In this document: positions 1 through 11,057 of the stretch, in pieces
Position numbering within the stretch: position 1 is the first letter of the stretch
Layout of the letters: every line of letters starts with the position of its first letter
Source of the DNA: Blochmannia endosymbiont of Camponotus modoc
GTDB taxonomy: Bacteria > Pseudomonadota > Gammaproteobacteria > Enterobacterales > Enterobacteriaceae
NCBI RefSeq assembly: GCF_023585785.1
Contig: NZ_CP097765.1
Coordinates: 120,001 to 152,000, forward strand
Direction: 5' to 3'
DNA: 32,000 bases
Program-made: the position numbers and the translations under genes
Notes under the pieces: generated by a model
What the model saw: the letters and a program-made list of their open reading frames with translations, nothing else
Told to the model about the DNA's origin: nothing
Databases searched by the model: none

Positions 1-198
1 AAAATTTTATTTTTTCATTGTACATTGAAAATGTTGTTTAGGATAAAACAAGAGTTTTCGTTTTATTATATTGAATGAAAATTTCAATACAGTGTGTTGC
101 TTAACATTATTTTATATTTTTTAATTATTATTTTCAATAGTAGTTCATTATGAAGGATACTGTTTTAATTAATTTAATTATTTATGATCGATCATTAT

Positions 199-1287
199 AT
201 GAATAAAGTATTCAATTTTAGCGCGGGTCCAGCAATGTTGCCAAAACAAGTTTTAAGGCAAGTTAAAGAAGAATTATATAATTGGAATAATATGGGCATA
301 TCTGTCATAGAGATAAGTCATCGTAGTAAAGAATTTTTACAATTAATGCAAGAAGCGAAACAAGATATGCGTGATCTTCTTGATATTCCAGAAACTTATG
401 AAGTTTTATTTTGTCATGGTGGGGCGCGTGCACAATTTTCTGCGATTCCTATGAATTTATTAAACAAATCTTCAGAACGAGTTGATTATATAAAAACTGG
501 GTATTGGGCATACAATGCAGCAATAGAAGCAAAAAAATATTGTGATCCACGTATAATTAATGTGGTCGGAAAAAAAAATGGACTATATAATATTCAACCT
601 ATATCTAAATGGGATGTTTCTGAAAATAGTCTGTATATTCATTATTGTCCTAATGAAACTATTGATGGAATAGCTGTATATGAAACCCCAAATTTTTCTG
701 ATAAAATAGTGGTAGCAGATTGTTCTTCAACTTTATTTTCGGGTCCACTGAATATAAACCGTTTTGGTATAATTTATGCTACGGCTCAAAAAAACATTGG
801 AATATCTGGTTTGACCGTAATAATTATCAGAAAAGATTTACTGAAAGAACCTTACCGAGTAGTACCTTCTATTTTAAATTATAAAATTTTAGCTGATAAT
901 TTCTCAATGTTTAATACGCCTGTTACTGTATCTTGGTATGTTGCTAGTTTAATGTTTAAATGGTTAAAAACACAAGGAGGCTTAAAGGAAATTAATAAAC
1001 GTAATCAAGAAAAATCAGCTCTTTTATATAATGCTATTGACTCTAGTAATTTCTATTATAATAACATTAGTTTATCTAATCGTTCATATATGAATATCCC
1101 CTTTTTTTTAGAAAACAATAAATTAAATGATCTTTTTTTAAAAGAATCAATATCTTTCGGATTGCATGGTTTGAAAGGACATAAAGTAGTGGGGGGTATG
1201 CGGGCATCTTTATATAATGCCATGACATTAGAAGGTGTAAAAAAATTAATTAGATTTATGAAATTATTTTCTGAAAAATATCGCTAA
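199..1287 (+). CDS. serC: Phosphoserine aminotransferase
   Basis: ORF 184..1287. [12 protein letters not shown]-terminus, ISHRSKEF and the [20 protein letters not shown]-lysine region are typical of SerC. ATG at 199 ([12 protein letters not shown]) is preferred over 184. Located directly upstream of aroA, as in E. coli. Confidence 0.97.
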   Translation: MNKVFNFSAGPAMLPKQVLRQVKEELYNWNNMGISVIEISHRSKEFLQLMQEAKQDMRDLLDIPETYEVLFCHGGARAQFSAIPMNLLNKSSERVDYIKTGYWAYNAAIEAKKYCDPRIINVVGKKNGLYNIQPISKWDVSENSLYIHYCPNETIDGIAVYETPNFSDKIVVADCSSTLFSGPLNINRFGIIYATAQKNIGISGLTVIIIRKDLLKEPYRVVPSILNYKILADNFSMFNTPVTVSWYVASLMFKWLKTQGGLKEINKRNQEKSALLYNAIDSSNFYYNNISLSNRSYMNIPFFLENNKLNDLFLKESISFGLHGLKGHKVVGGMRASLYNAMTLEGVKKLIRFMKLFSEKYR

Positions 1288-1417
1288 TTAGATTCAATCG
1301 ATTGCTATGTCCATGTGTTAAATCGTTAAATGCAATCACATATTATTATTGTAAATGGTGTATTATGAGTTATTAATTTCAAGAATTAAATTTTTTTATA
1401 TAAAAAGTTGGTGAAAA

Positions 1418-2716
1418 ATGAATGATTTTATCAAATTAGCTCCTATAAAAAAAATACAGGGAACCATTCATCTTCCTGGTTCTAAAAGTATATCAAATCG
1501 AGCATTGTTGTTAGCAGCTCAAGCTACAGGTACTACTCAGTTAACTAATTTGTTGGATAGCGATGATGTGCGTTGTATGCTGGATGCTTTACGTAATCTA
1601 GGAGTATCATATTGTCTTTCAAATAATAGAAAAACTTGCGAAATTAATGGTGTTGGTGGTCCGATTCAATCAAAAAATAATAATCAATTAATTTTGTATT
1701 TGGGAAATGCCGGGACTGTTATGAGACCTCTTGTTGCGGCATTGTCTGTAGAGATTCAAAATATCGTGCTCACCGGTCATCCTCGTATGAAAGATAGGCC
1801 GATTGCACACTTAGTAGATGCCTTAAGACAAGGAGGAGCGCGTATTGAGTATATGGAACGTGATGGTTACCCTCCCATACGATTGTATGGAGGGTATTAT
1901 GGAGGCGAAATTTTTATTAAAGGGAGTATTTCTAGTCAATTTTTGTCATCTGTGCTTATGATGACGCCATTAGCTTATCGAGATACTCTTATTAAAGTAG
2001 ACGGAGCATTAGTATCCAGACCATATATTGATATGACTTTGTCCCTTATGAAAATTTTTGGAATCAACATACAACATGACAATTATCGTGTTTTTTATTG
2101 TAAAGGAAATATGGCATATCAATCGCCTGGGGATTATTTAGTGGAAGGAGATGCCTCGAGTGCTTCTTATTTTTTAGCAGCATCAGCTATTCGAGGGGGT
2201 ACTGTTCGAGTTATAGGAGTCGATCGCAATAGCAGACAAGGAGATGTTTATTTTGCGAATATATTAGAAAGTATGGGAGCAAAGATTGCTTGGGGTGATA
2301 ATTATATAGAGTGTACCCGTGGAGCTGATCTGAATGCTGTTGATTTAGATGTTAATAATATTCCAGATGCAGCAATGACTCTTGCTATTACTGCATTATT
2401 TTCTATTAATGGCCCTACAATATTACGTAATATTTATAATTGGAGAGTTAAAGAAAGTGATCGACTAGCGGCAATGGCTACCGAATTACGTAAAATAGGA
2501 GCGGAGATTGTGGAAGGTTATGATTATTTACAAATTACTCCTCCAGTTCAAATAGAATCAGCTTATATTAATACTTACGATGATCATCGTATAGCGATGT
2601 GTTTTTCTTTGGTGGCATTATCGGATGTTTCTATTATAATTAATAATCCTAAGTGTACCGATAAAACTTTTCCAGATTTTTTTACACAATTATCTAGTAT
2701 TAGTATATTGCAATAA
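1418..2716 (+). CDS. aroA: 3-phosphoshikimate 1-carboxyvinyltransferase (EPSP synthase)
   Basis: [16 protein letters not shown] and the conserved [10 protein letters not shown] and [11 protein letters not shown] motifs; follows serC. Confidence 0.98.
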   Translation: MNDFIKLAPIKKIQGTIHLPGSKSISNRALLLAAQATGTTQLTNLLDSDDVRCMLDALRNLGVSYCLSNNRKTCEINGVGGPIQSKNNNQLILYLGNAGTVMRPLVAALSVEIQNIVLTGHPRMKDRPIAHLVDALRQGGARIEYMERDGYPPIRLYGGYYGGEIFIKGSISSQFLSSVLMMTPLAYRDTLIKVDGALVSRPYIDMTLSLMKIFGINIQHDNYRVFYCKGNMAYQSPGDYLVEGDASSASYFLAASAIRGGTVRVIGVDRNSRQGDVYFANILESMGAKIAWGDNYIECTRGADLNAVDLDVNNIPDAAMTLAITALFSINGPTILRNIYNWRVKESDRLAAMATELRKIGAEIVEGYDYLQITPPVQIESAYINTYDDHRIAMCFSLVALSDVSIIINNPKCTDKTFPDFFTQLSSISILQ

Positions 2717-2813
2717 GTATTCTATACAGTGTGGTGTTCATATATAATTTAAATCGTACATATGAAATTTATGATCAGTAAATTTTATTAAAATATTAAA
2801 TAATTATTATATA

Positions 2814-3563
2814 GTGAAGATTGTGCGCTACAAGGGGATAATTGTGAACAACATATTTCCAGTTATTACTATTGATGGCCCAAGTGGAGCAGGAAAAGGG
2901 ACTTTATCTAGGAGACTATCAAAAATTCTTGGATGGAATTTGTTGGATTCGGGAGTGATTTATCGAGTGTTAGCATTAGCAGCTTTAGAAAATAAAATTG
3001 ATATTAATTGTGAAGAAAAAGTAGCAGTACTTGCTGAAGAGATACAGATAAGTTTTATAAATAGAAAAAATAGTTTTTTTGTACCCTTTAATGGTAAAGA
3101 AATTAAAAAAGATATTTATACAGAAACTATAGGAAATTATGCATCTAAAATCGCTGCTTTTTCGAAAGTACGTAAAAATTTATTGACATATCAACGTACA
3201 TTTTGTCAAAGTCCAGGACTTATTGCTGATGGGCGGGATATGGGAACAGTAGTATTTCCTAATGCGGAACTGAAAATTTTTCTTTATGCTTCTTTTAAAG
3301 AAAGAGAGCGCCGTAGATTACATCAGTTACAGAAAAAAAATTTTGATGTTAATTTTAAGTTTTTATTCTCGCAAATAAGAGAACGAGATGATCGTGATTG
3401 CAATCGAAAATCAGCACCGTTAACTCCTGCGATTGATTCATTAATATTAGATTCTACTCATTTATCTGCTGAAGAAGTAAAATCTAAAGTACTGATGTAT
3501 ATTAGAGAGAGTCTAGTATTCTCATCGAGAGTACTATATAATACTACGCATAATCAAGGATAG
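2814..3563 (+). CDS. cmk: Cytidylate kinase
   Basis: [20 protein letters not shown]-loop and [19 protein letters not shown]; sits between aroA and rpsA as in E. coli. The exact start is uncertain. Confidence 0.95.
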   Translation: MKIVRYKGIIVNNIFPVITIDGPSGAGKGTLSRRLSKILGWNLLDSGVIYRVLALAALENKIDINCEEKVAVLAEEIQISFINRKNSFFVPFNGKEIKKDIYTETIGNYASKIAAFSKVRKNLLTYQRTFCQSPGLIADGRDMGTVVFPNAELKIFLYASFKERERRRLHQLQKKNFDVNFKFLFSQIRERDDRDCNRKSAPLTPAIDSLILDSTHLSAEEVKSKVLMYIRESLVFSSRVLYNTTHNQG

Positions 3564-3580
3564 TTATGATATATTTGTTA

Positions 3581-3613
3581 TAACCCCACCAAACATGGAA
3601 TGGGGTGGGGTTA
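3581..3613 (+). promoter_or_regulatory. Perfect 10-bp GC-rich hairpin in the rpsA leader (TAACCCCACC - 13 nt loop with GGA - GGTGGGGTTA)
   Basis: Inverted repeat read directly: arms 3581-3590 and 3604-3613, loop AAACATGGAATGG, 23 nt upstream of the rpsA ATG at 3637. Confidence 0.7.
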
Positions 3614-3636
3614 ATTGAAAATTGAAGATTATAAAA

Positions 3637-5331
3637 ATGACAGAATCGTTTGCTCAGCTATTTGAAGAATCTTTAAAAAAAGTAGAAACTTGTCCTGGAT
3701 CCATTGTTCGTGGAGTTGTTGTTGCTATTTTTAAAGATATTGTGTTGGTCGACGCAGGATTAAAATCAGAATCTGCTATTCCTATTGAGCAGTTTTATAA
3801 TGCTCAAGGAGAATTGGAGATTTCAATTGGTGATTATGTTGATGTTACATTGGATGCAGTAGAAGATGGGTTTGGGGAGACTATTTTGTCTCGTGAAAAA
3901 GCCAAACGTTATGAATCTTGGGTATCATTAGAAAAAGCACACCAAGATATGACTACTGTTACAGGTGTTATTAATGGAAAAGTAAAAGGAGGATTTACTG
4001 TTGAACTAAATGGCGTACGAGCTTTTTTACCTGGTTCTTTGGTAGATGTTAAACCAATACGTGACACTTCATTTCTAGAAGGGCAAGCATTTGAATTTAA
4101 AGTAATCAAATTAGATCATAAACGCAACAATGTTGTAGTGTCGCGTCGCGCAGTGATTGAATCTGAAAATAGTGTTGAACGTGATCAATTGTTAAATCAA
4201 TTACATGAAGGAATCGAAATTAAAGGGATAGTTAAAAATTTAACTGATTATGGCGCTTTTATCGACTTAGGAGGCGTAGATGGGCTGTTACACATTACTG
4301 ACATGGCATGGAAACGCGTCAAACATCCTAGTGATATAGTAAATGTTGGAGATGAAATTATTGTTAAAGTATTAAGATTTGACCGAGAGCGTATTCGCGT
4401 ATCTTTGGGTCTAAAGCAATTAGGTGAAGATCCATGGGCGGCTATTGTTCAACGCCATAAAGAAGGAAGTAAATTGATAGGACAAGTAACTAATTTAACT
4501 GATTATGGGTGTTTTATTGAAATTGAAGATGGAGTAGAAGGATTAGTGCATGTATCTGAGATGGATTGGACTAATAAAAATATTCATCCTTCTAAAGTAG
4601 TGACAGTAGGAGAATCTGTTGAAGTAATGGTATTAGATATTGACGAAGAGCGCCGCAGAATTTCTTTAGGATTAAAACAATGTAAAATTAATCCATGGCA
4701 GAAGTTTTCAGATATGTATAATCGAGGCGATCGGGTTACGGGAAGGATAAAATCAATTACTGATTTTGGTATTTTTATAGGATTAGAAGGAGGGATTGAC
4801 GGTTTGGTGCATCTTTCTGATATTTCTTGGTATTTATCTAATGAAGAGGCTGTAAATAAGTATAAAAAGGGTGACGAAATAATTGCTGTAGTTCTTCAAG
4901 TCGATGCAGAACGTGAACGTATTTCTTTGGGTATAAAACAGTTAACGGAAGATCCTTTAAATGTGTATTTATCCGCTCATAAAAAAGGAAGTATGGTATC
5001 TGGAAAGATTCTTTCTATAGATGAAAAAGGGGGAGCTACTGTCACATTGGATGATAATGTGGTAATTGGTTATTTATCTATTCCTGCCGTATCAAATAAT
5101 AAATCTACTCATAAGAAAACATATATGTCATTACACATAGGCAATGACATATATGCAACGCTAGACGGGGTAGATCGTAAAAATAGAATCGTCAATTTAT
5201 CTACATGTAATATATGCGATCTAATTCAAAAACCAGAAGTCAACATGATTGATAACCATGTCAAAGAGAAAGATAAGAATTTTTCTAGTGTCATGGTTGA
5301 AGCATTTAAAGCGGCAACTAAAAATGAGTAA
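3637..5331 (+). CDS. rpsA: 30S ribosomal protein S1
   Basis: [14 protein letters not shown]-terminus; repeated S1/OB domains ([62 protein letters not shown]). ATG at 3637 is preferred over 3622. Confidence 0.98.
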   Translation: MTESFAQLFEESLKKVETCPGSIVRGVVVAIFKDIVLVDAGLKSESAIPIEQFYNAQGELEISIGDYVDVTLDAVEDGFGETILSREKAKRYESWVSLEKAHQDMTTVTGVINGKVKGGFTVELNGVRAFLPGSLVDVKPIRDTSFLEGQAFEFKVIKLDHKRNNVVVSRRAVIESENSVERDQLLNQLHEGIEIKGIVKNLTDYGAFIDLGGVDGLLHITDMAWKRVKHPSDIVNVGDEIIVKVLRFDRERIRVSLGLKQLGEDPWAAIVQRHKEGSKLIGQVTNLTDYGCFIEIEDGVEGLVHVSEMDWTNKNIHPSKVVTVGESVEVMVLDIDEERRRISLGLKQCKINPWQKFSDMYNRGDRVTGRIKSITDFGIFIGLEGGIDGLVHLSDISWYLSNEEAVNKYKKGDEIIAVVLQVDAERERISLGIKQLTEDPLNVYLSAHKKGSMVSGKILSIDEKGGATVTLDDNVVIGYLSIPAVSNNKSTHKKTYMSLHIGNDIYATLDGVDRKNRIVNLSTCNICDLIQKPEVNMIDNHVKEKDKNFSSVMVEAFKAATKNE

Positions 5332-6039
5332 TTATTTTTTTATTAAATAATTTTTATATATGAAATCTATTAATATGTTAGAATGAAATAATTATAGATA
5401 ACAAGAAACAAATTAAGTGAATAAATATTTTAGTATTTGTATACGATATTTATATATATATAACATTTTAATATGGTTATGTATGGTAATGACATTAGTC
5501 GTGTTATAATTAGGGGTTATATATTAGATATAATGAGGTTACTACTTGAGTAGGTAAAAAAGAATTAAATTTTAATGTTGTATACTTATTTTATTTTGAA
5601 AAAGGTAACCCCTTGTTATTTATTAGTGAAAGCGATAAAAATTTAATTTGATATTAAAAATAGAATAATATGAATAAGTAAATAACATTGACTTATCAAG
5701 TTCTCTGAAGTTAATGCTTGTCATATAATTGGGGTTGATAGTAATATTTTTCAATAAAATAGTTAATATATATGAATGAGCGTTAAATTCATTTTTCATC
5801 GTGAAAATCACATTTAATCACACAGACTATTAGATATACTAAAGATTAGGAAATACGTTTGTATATATTAAAAAAATAATATTTATATATAAATATAGTA
5901 GTTTTTATTTTTATGCATATTTATGTTGTAAGATTTTTCACGAATCTTAGTACATTTGAAGTATTCGATATTTGTAGTATGTTGATGGCGATGTATTCGT
6001 ATGTTTCGTATGAAATAAATTATGACTGCAGGGACATAA

Positions 6040-7794
6040 ATGTTGCAGTACAATAAAAATCATTCTTCTACTTGGCAAACTTTTCGTCGTCTTTGGCCAA
6101 TAATTTTTCCTTTTAGAGTAGGATTAGTTGTTGCTTCTATTACTCTGATTTTGAATGCAACAAGTGATGCTTTAATGCTAGCTTTATTAAAACCTTTACT
6201 TGATGATGGATTTGGAAAAGCTAATAGAGATGTATTTATGTGGATGCCGTTGGCTTTAGTAGGATTAATGGGTATTCGCGGTTTTAGTGGTTTTGCGTCT
6301 ACTTATTGCATATCATGGGTATCCGGAAAAGTAGTAATGCAAATGAGACGTGCATTATTTAAACATATTATGAATATGCCGGTTTCATTTTTTGTAAAAC
6401 AATCTACTGGTACATTAGTATCTAGAATTACTTATGATTCCGATCAAGTTGCTTCTTCTTCTTCTGGAGCTTTGGTTACTGTTATTCGAGAAGGAGCATC
6501 TATTATTGGTTTATGTGTAATGATGTTTTATTATAGTTGGCAATTATCATTAATTTTAGTACTAATTGCACCAATAGTATCCATCACTATTAAGCTTGTT
6601 TCTCATAGATTTAGAACAATCAGTAAGAAGATGCAGAGTGCCATGGGCCAACTAACCAGCAGTGCTGAACAAATGCTGCAAGGACATAAAGAAGTATTAA
6701 TATTTGGAGGGCAACACACAGAAAAAGATAGATTTAATTGCGTCAGTAACCGTATGAGACAACAAAGTATGAAGATGGTGCAAACTTCATCTATTTTTGA
6801 TCCATTGATTCAATGTGTTGCATCATTAGCATTAGCGTTTGTGTTGTACGTTGCTAGTATTCCAAGTGTTATGGAAATGCTTACTGCTGGAACTATTACT
6901 GTTATTTTTTCATCTATGATAGTTTTGATGAAGCCATTAAAGTCTTTGACTAATGTCAGCGCTCAATTTCAACGCGGAATGGCAGCTTGTCAAACTTTAT
7001 TTTCCATATTAGATTTAGAAACAGAAAAAGATCAAGGCATACTCGACATTACAAGAGTACAGGGACATATTATTTTTGATGATGTTACTTTTTTTTATCC
7101 TGAAAAAAGTACACCATCGCTTTCTAAAATCAATTTTTCTATTGAAGCAGGAAAAACTGTTGCTCTGGTAGGTCGATCTGGTTCTGGAAAATCTACTATC
7201 GTAAACTTATTAACTCGTTTTTATGATATAGATAAAGGACGTATATTGCTTGATGGTTTTAATTTAAATGATTATAAACTTTCTTCGTTGCGTAATCAAA
7301 TAGCTATGGTATCTCAAAACGTTCATTTATTTAATGATACTATCGCAAATAATATCGCGTACGCTCGCAGGAATTTTTATTCTAGAGAATCTATTGAAAC
7401 TGCAGCGCGTATGGCATGTGCTATGGATTTTATTTCTCAAATGAAAAACGGATTAGATACTATTATAGGAGAAAATGGGATACTATTATCTAGTGGCCAA
7501 CGTCAACGTATTGCAATTGCACGTGCTTTGTTACGGGATTGTCCTATTTTAATTTTCGATGAAGCTACTTCTGCTTTAGATTCTGCGTCAGAGCACATTA
7601 TTCACAGATCTCTTGATACGTTAAAAAAAAATAGAACATCCTTGATTATAGCTCATCGTTTATCTACCGTTGAAAATGCAGATGAAATATTGGTAATTGA
7701 AAACGGTTATATTATGGAACGTGGTGTGCATAAGGTTTTGATACGTCGCCAAGGGATTTATGCTCAATTATATAAATTACAATTTTCTTCTTGA
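6040..7794 (+). CDS. msbA: Lipid A export ABC transporter ATP-binding/permease protein
   Basis: TM domain plus Walker A (VGRSGSGKST), signature LLSSGQRQRIAIARALL and Walker B (CPILIFDEATSALD); overlaps lpxK. Confidence 0.96.
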   Translation: MLQYNKNHSSTWQTFRRLWPIIFPFRVGLVVASITLILNATSDALMLALLKPLLDDGFGKANRDVFMWMPLALVGLMGIRGFSGFASTYCISWVSGKVVMQMRRALFKHIMNMPVSFFVKQSTGTLVSRITYDSDQVASSSSGALVTVIREGASIIGLCVMMFYYSWQLSLILVLIAPIVSITIKLVSHRFRTISKKMQSAMGQLTSSAEQMLQGHKEVLIFGGQHTEKDRFNCVSNRMRQQSMKMVQTSSIFDPLIQCVASLALAFVLYVASIPSVMEMLTAGTITVIFSSMIVLMKPLKSLTNVSAQFQRGMAACQTLFSILDLETEKDQGILDITRVQGHIIFDDVTFFYPEKSTPSLSKINFSIEAGKTVALVGRSGSGKSTIVNLLTRFYDIDKGRILLDGFNLNDYKLSSLRNQIAMVSQNVHLFNDTIANNIAYARRNFYSRESIETAARMACAMDFISQMKNGLDTIIGENGILLSSGQRQRIAIARALLRDCPILIFDEATSALDSASEHIIHRSLDTLKKNRTSLIIAHRLSTVENADEILVIENGYIMERGVHKVLIRRQGIYAQLYKLQFSS

Positions 7795-8804
7795 TGTTTG
7801 ATCGTATTTGGTTTAAATCATCGTTTTTTTATTTATTTTTATTGCCATTTTCTTGGTTATACGGTTTAATCAGCACGCTTAACCGTATTAGTTATCAGTA
7901 TGGATGGCGAAAAGTATATCGATTTTCAGTACCAATAATAATTATAGGTAATTTAACAATTGGAGGGAACGGGAAAACTCCGATGGTATTATGGTTAGTA
8001 GAACACTTGAAATGTCGTGGTTGGAAGGTTGGGGTCATTTCGAGAGGATATAAAGGTAAATCGAATAATTATCCAATCATTATTAATATGCATAGCCATA
8101 GTGAGGAATGTGGTGATGAGCCCATGTTAATTTGGAAACGAACTGGAGTATCGGTCGCTGTTTCTCCAAAACGCGCTGATGCAGTTGCTGCATTATTGAG
8201 AAAACAAGAATTGGATATTATAATAAGTGATGATGGATTACAACATTATGCGCTTTTTAGGGATATAGAATGGGTAATAGTTAATAGTGTGCTTCGATTC
8301 GGAAATGGTTGTTGGTTACCAGCTGGTCCCATGCGCGAACGCATTAACAGACTTCATACGGTACAAGCGATTATTGCAAATGGATCAGAAGTAGGAATAC
8401 AATCTGGAGAAGTATTAATGCAGTTATGTCCTATTGCTGTAGTCAACATATTAACGGGAGAGCGTAGACCTCTTTATTTTTTAAATAATGTTGTAGCCAT
8501 AGCAGGGATTGGGTATCCTACACAATTTTTTGATACTTTACGAAGTTATGGTATCACTCCGATTAGATCAATTTCATTTTCTGATCATCACGTGTATTCT
8601 GAAAAAATATTAACATCCCTTACTAAAAAAGATGAGATATTACTAATGACAGAAAAAGATGCAGTTAAATGTGTAGATTTTGCTCACGATAATTGGTGGT
8701 ATGTGTATACAGAAGTGAAAATCAATAAGATAGATACGTATAATCTATTGCGCACGGTGGAAAATAAGATTAGATATTATAAGGATTCAAAATTCAATGT
8801 ATAG
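7794..8804 (+). CDS. lpxK: Tetraacyldisaccharide 4'-kinase
   Basis: GNLTIGGNGKTPMVLWLVEHL P-loop, VISRGYKGK, IISDDGLQHYAL; TGATG overlap with the msbA stop. Confidence 0.95.
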   Translation: MFDRIWFKSSFFYLFLLPFSWLYGLISTLNRISYQYGWRKVYRFSVPIIIIGNLTIGGNGKTPMVLWLVEHLKCRGWKVGVISRGYKGKSNNYPIIINMHSHSEECGDEPMLIWKRTGVSVAVSPKRADAVAALLRKQELDIIISDDGLQHYALFRDIEWVIVNSVLRFGNGCWLPAGPMRERINRLHTVQAIIANGSEVGIQSGEVLMQLCPIAVVNILTGERRPLYFLNNVVAIAGIGYPTQFFDTLRSYGITPIRSISFSDHHVYSEKILTSLTKKDEILLMTEKDAVKCVDFAHDNWWYVYTEVKINKIDTYNLLRTVENKIRYYKDSKFNV

Positions 8805-9012
8805 TAATTGCATTTTTACAACAATATAATAACTATGTAGAAGAAAGATAAAAAATAATATTTTCAGTGTTGTTTATATATACGGCAACGTCATATATAA
8901 CAAAATAAATTATTTAAATGATAAAATCACCATTTTAAATTATAGAATATATATAACAGTTTTGTTGTATATAATATGTATAAGTTAAACATTTAATCGA
9001 TTTAGTAATATT

Positions 9013-9183
9013 ATGATGAAATATCAGTTATTGAAGATCATTGTGTGTCCTGTATGTCATTCGGAATTATCTTTCGATTTAGAAAAAAAAGAATTAATTT
9101 GTAATGTTGATAATTTGGCTTTTCCAATAAGAAAAGGAATCCCGGTTCTTTTAAAAAAAGATGCTCGTAATTTTATATTATAA
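9013..9183 (+). CDS. ycaR: YcaR/Trm112-like small protein (56 aa), missing from the supplied ORF track
   Basis: Manual translation: [60 protein letters not shown]...[19 protein letters not shown] is characteristic; located between lpxK and kdsB as in E. coli. Confidence 0.93.
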   Translation: MMKYQLLKIIVCPVCHSELSFDLEKKELICNVDNLAFPIRKGIPVLLKKDARNFIL

Positions 9184-9194
9184 TAAGGTAAAAT

Positions 9195-9959
9195 ATGAAT
9201 TTTGTAGTAATTATACCTGTCCGATTTTTTTCGACGCGTTTTCCAGGGAAAGCTTTATCAGATATTAATGGTAAGCCTATGATTATTCGTGTCATGGAAA
9301 ATGCTTTAGATTCTGGAGCTAATAAAGTAATCATTGCTACAGATAGTTCTTGTATAGCGAGAGTCATTGAATCAGAGCAATCTGCAAGTGAAGTATGTTT
9401 AACACGATCTACTCATCAGTCAGGTACTGAACGTCTTGCAGAAGTAGCTATCAATTATAAATTTTCAGATGATCAAATTATCGTACATCTTCAAGGCGAT
9501 GAACCCTTACTTTCTTCTATTATGATTCGTCAATTAGCAAGTATTTTGTGTTCAATGAGTACTATTTCCATGGCTACGTTAGCAACACCATTGAGTTCTT
9601 TCGAAGAAGCACACGATGATAATGTAGTTAAAGTTGTTATCAACATGAATAGCAATGCTCTGTATTTTTCTCGTTCTATGATTCCATGGAACACAGGAGA
9701 TTTTGTAAATCATCTAGATAGTAAATTCCCTAAGACGCTATTACGTCATATTGGTATTTATGCATATCGAGTTAAGTTCCTGCATCGTTATATTGCATGG
9801 ACTAAAAGTCCACTGGAACAGCTTGAACGCCTTGAACAGCTTCGAGTACTATGGCATGGAGAGACAATATATGTTTCTGTAATTGATGATGTATTTAATA
9901 TTAGTGTGGATACTCCAGAATCATTAATCCGTGTTAACACTGTATTTAAAAAGAAATAA
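9195..9959 (+). CDS. kdsB: 3-deoxy-manno-octulosonate cytidylyltransferase
   Basis: VVIIPVRFFSTRFPGKAL, HQSGTERLAEV, VHLQGDEPLL; position after ycaR. Confidence 0.97.
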   Translation: MNFVVIIPVRFFSTRFPGKALSDINGKPMIIRVMENALDSGANKVIIATDSSCIARVIESEQSASEVCLTRSTHQSGTERLAEVAINYKFSDDQIIVHLQGDEPLLSSIMIRQLASILCSMSTISMATLATPLSSFEEAHDDNVVKVVINMNSNALYFSRSMIPWNTGDFVNHLDSKFPKTLLRHIGIYAYRVKFLHRYIAWTKSPLEQLERLEQLRVLWHGETIYVSVIDDVFNISVDTPESLIRVNTVFKKK

Positions 9960-10326
9960 ATACACTACTTATACATAGCTGATTATGGTGGCGCGGGTGA
10001 ATTTTTATTAATTACATTAATTACAATACGAATGAATTTAATTATCATTAAAAATCAAATTCATAGGAGAATTTTAAGCGATTTATATTAATTTATATTA
10101 AGCATATATTACTAATGTGTAATTTAAGGATTTCTTTAATTACTATATTAATCATGATATTATTATGGCTCCTTATAATGTGAGTATTAAAATTTTGAAT
10201 ACATGTATAATATTTTTTAATTCGTCATAGCATATTAAAAAATATTTTTTAATGTATATGTATAGCGATAATTATTAAAAATCATAAGTGTATTTGTTTA
10301 TGTTAACGTGGAGTGTAAAAATAATT

Positions 10327-10938
10327 ATGCAGCAACAATTACGTCTAGTAGTAGGAATATCAGGGGCATCTGGTGGAATTTATGGAATCCGCGCGTTGAC
10401 TATTTTAAAAAAATGTTCTATGAATATAGAATCTCATCTTATTGTTACTAGAAATGCTTTGATTACATTACAACAAGAATTAAAGATGAGCAAACAATCT
10501 GTATATGAATTAGCGGATGTTGTACATTTTCCTCAGGACATCGGAGCATCAGTTGCTAGCGGATCATATCCAACTTTAGGTATGTTAATTGCTCCATGTT
10601 CTATTAGAACTATGTCAGAAATTAGTTCAGGAATGACATCATCATTGATTGGTCGTGCTGCAGATGTAATGTTGAAAGAAAAACGTAGACTAGTGTTAAT
10701 GATCAGAGAAACTCCATTGCATCTGGGGCATTTACGTACAATGGTTAAATTAACAGAATTTGGAGCAGTAATTATGCCACCTGTTCCTGCATATTATACA
10801 CATCCAAAAACTATAGATGACGTTATTTGTTACACTGTGGCAAGAGCTCTAAGTTTATTTGGAATTGATACCAATATTTCTCCCACTTGGTTGGGAATAC
10901 GGGATCGAACTCATGATAATCTTATGAAACTAAATTGA
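10327..10938 (+). CDS. ubiX: Flavin prenyltransferase UbiX
   Basis: VVGISGASGGIYGIRAL, SGSYPTLGMLIAPCSIRTMSEISSG, RRLVLMIRETPLHLGHL. ATG at 10327 is preferred. Confidence 0.96.
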   Translation: MQQQLRLVVGISGASGGIYGIRALTILKKCSMNIESHLIVTRNALITLQQELKMSKQSVYELADVVHFPQDIGASVASGSYPTLGMLIAPCSIRTMSEISSGMTSSLIGRAADVMLKEKRRLVLMIRETPLHLGHLRTMVKLTEFGAVIMPPVPAYYTHPKTIDDVICYTVARALSLFGIDTNISPTWLGIRDRTHDNLMKLN

Positions 10939-10981
10939 AGTTATTGCTAACTATTTAATGTCTATATTGACAGATATTTTA

Positions 10982-11003
10982 ATACCCATTACTCAATGGG
11001 TAT
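10982..11003. terminator. Candidate intergenic hairpin (ATACCCATT-ACTC-AATGGGTAT) between convergent genes
   Basis: Perfect 9-bp stem with a 4-nt loop between the end of ubiX and the end of the minus-strand inverse-autotransporter-like gene. No strong T-tract follows on either side. Confidence 0.4.
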
Positions 11004-11057
11004 ATTCTTGAAATTTTAAAAAATAATTAATGTAATAATTTTAAAGTATAAATGTAG

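Noticed and set aside
3909-4109. 66-aa minus-strand ORF
   Set aside because: Entirely antisense to rpsA with no recognisable protein features; shadow ORF.
5623-5811. 62-aa minus-strand ORF in the rpsA-msbA spacer
   Set aside because: AT-rich composition, no clear RBS or family motif; not IHF-beta-like.
9173-9367. 64-aa minus-strand ORF
   Set aside because: Antisense to the kdsB 5' end; shadow ORF.
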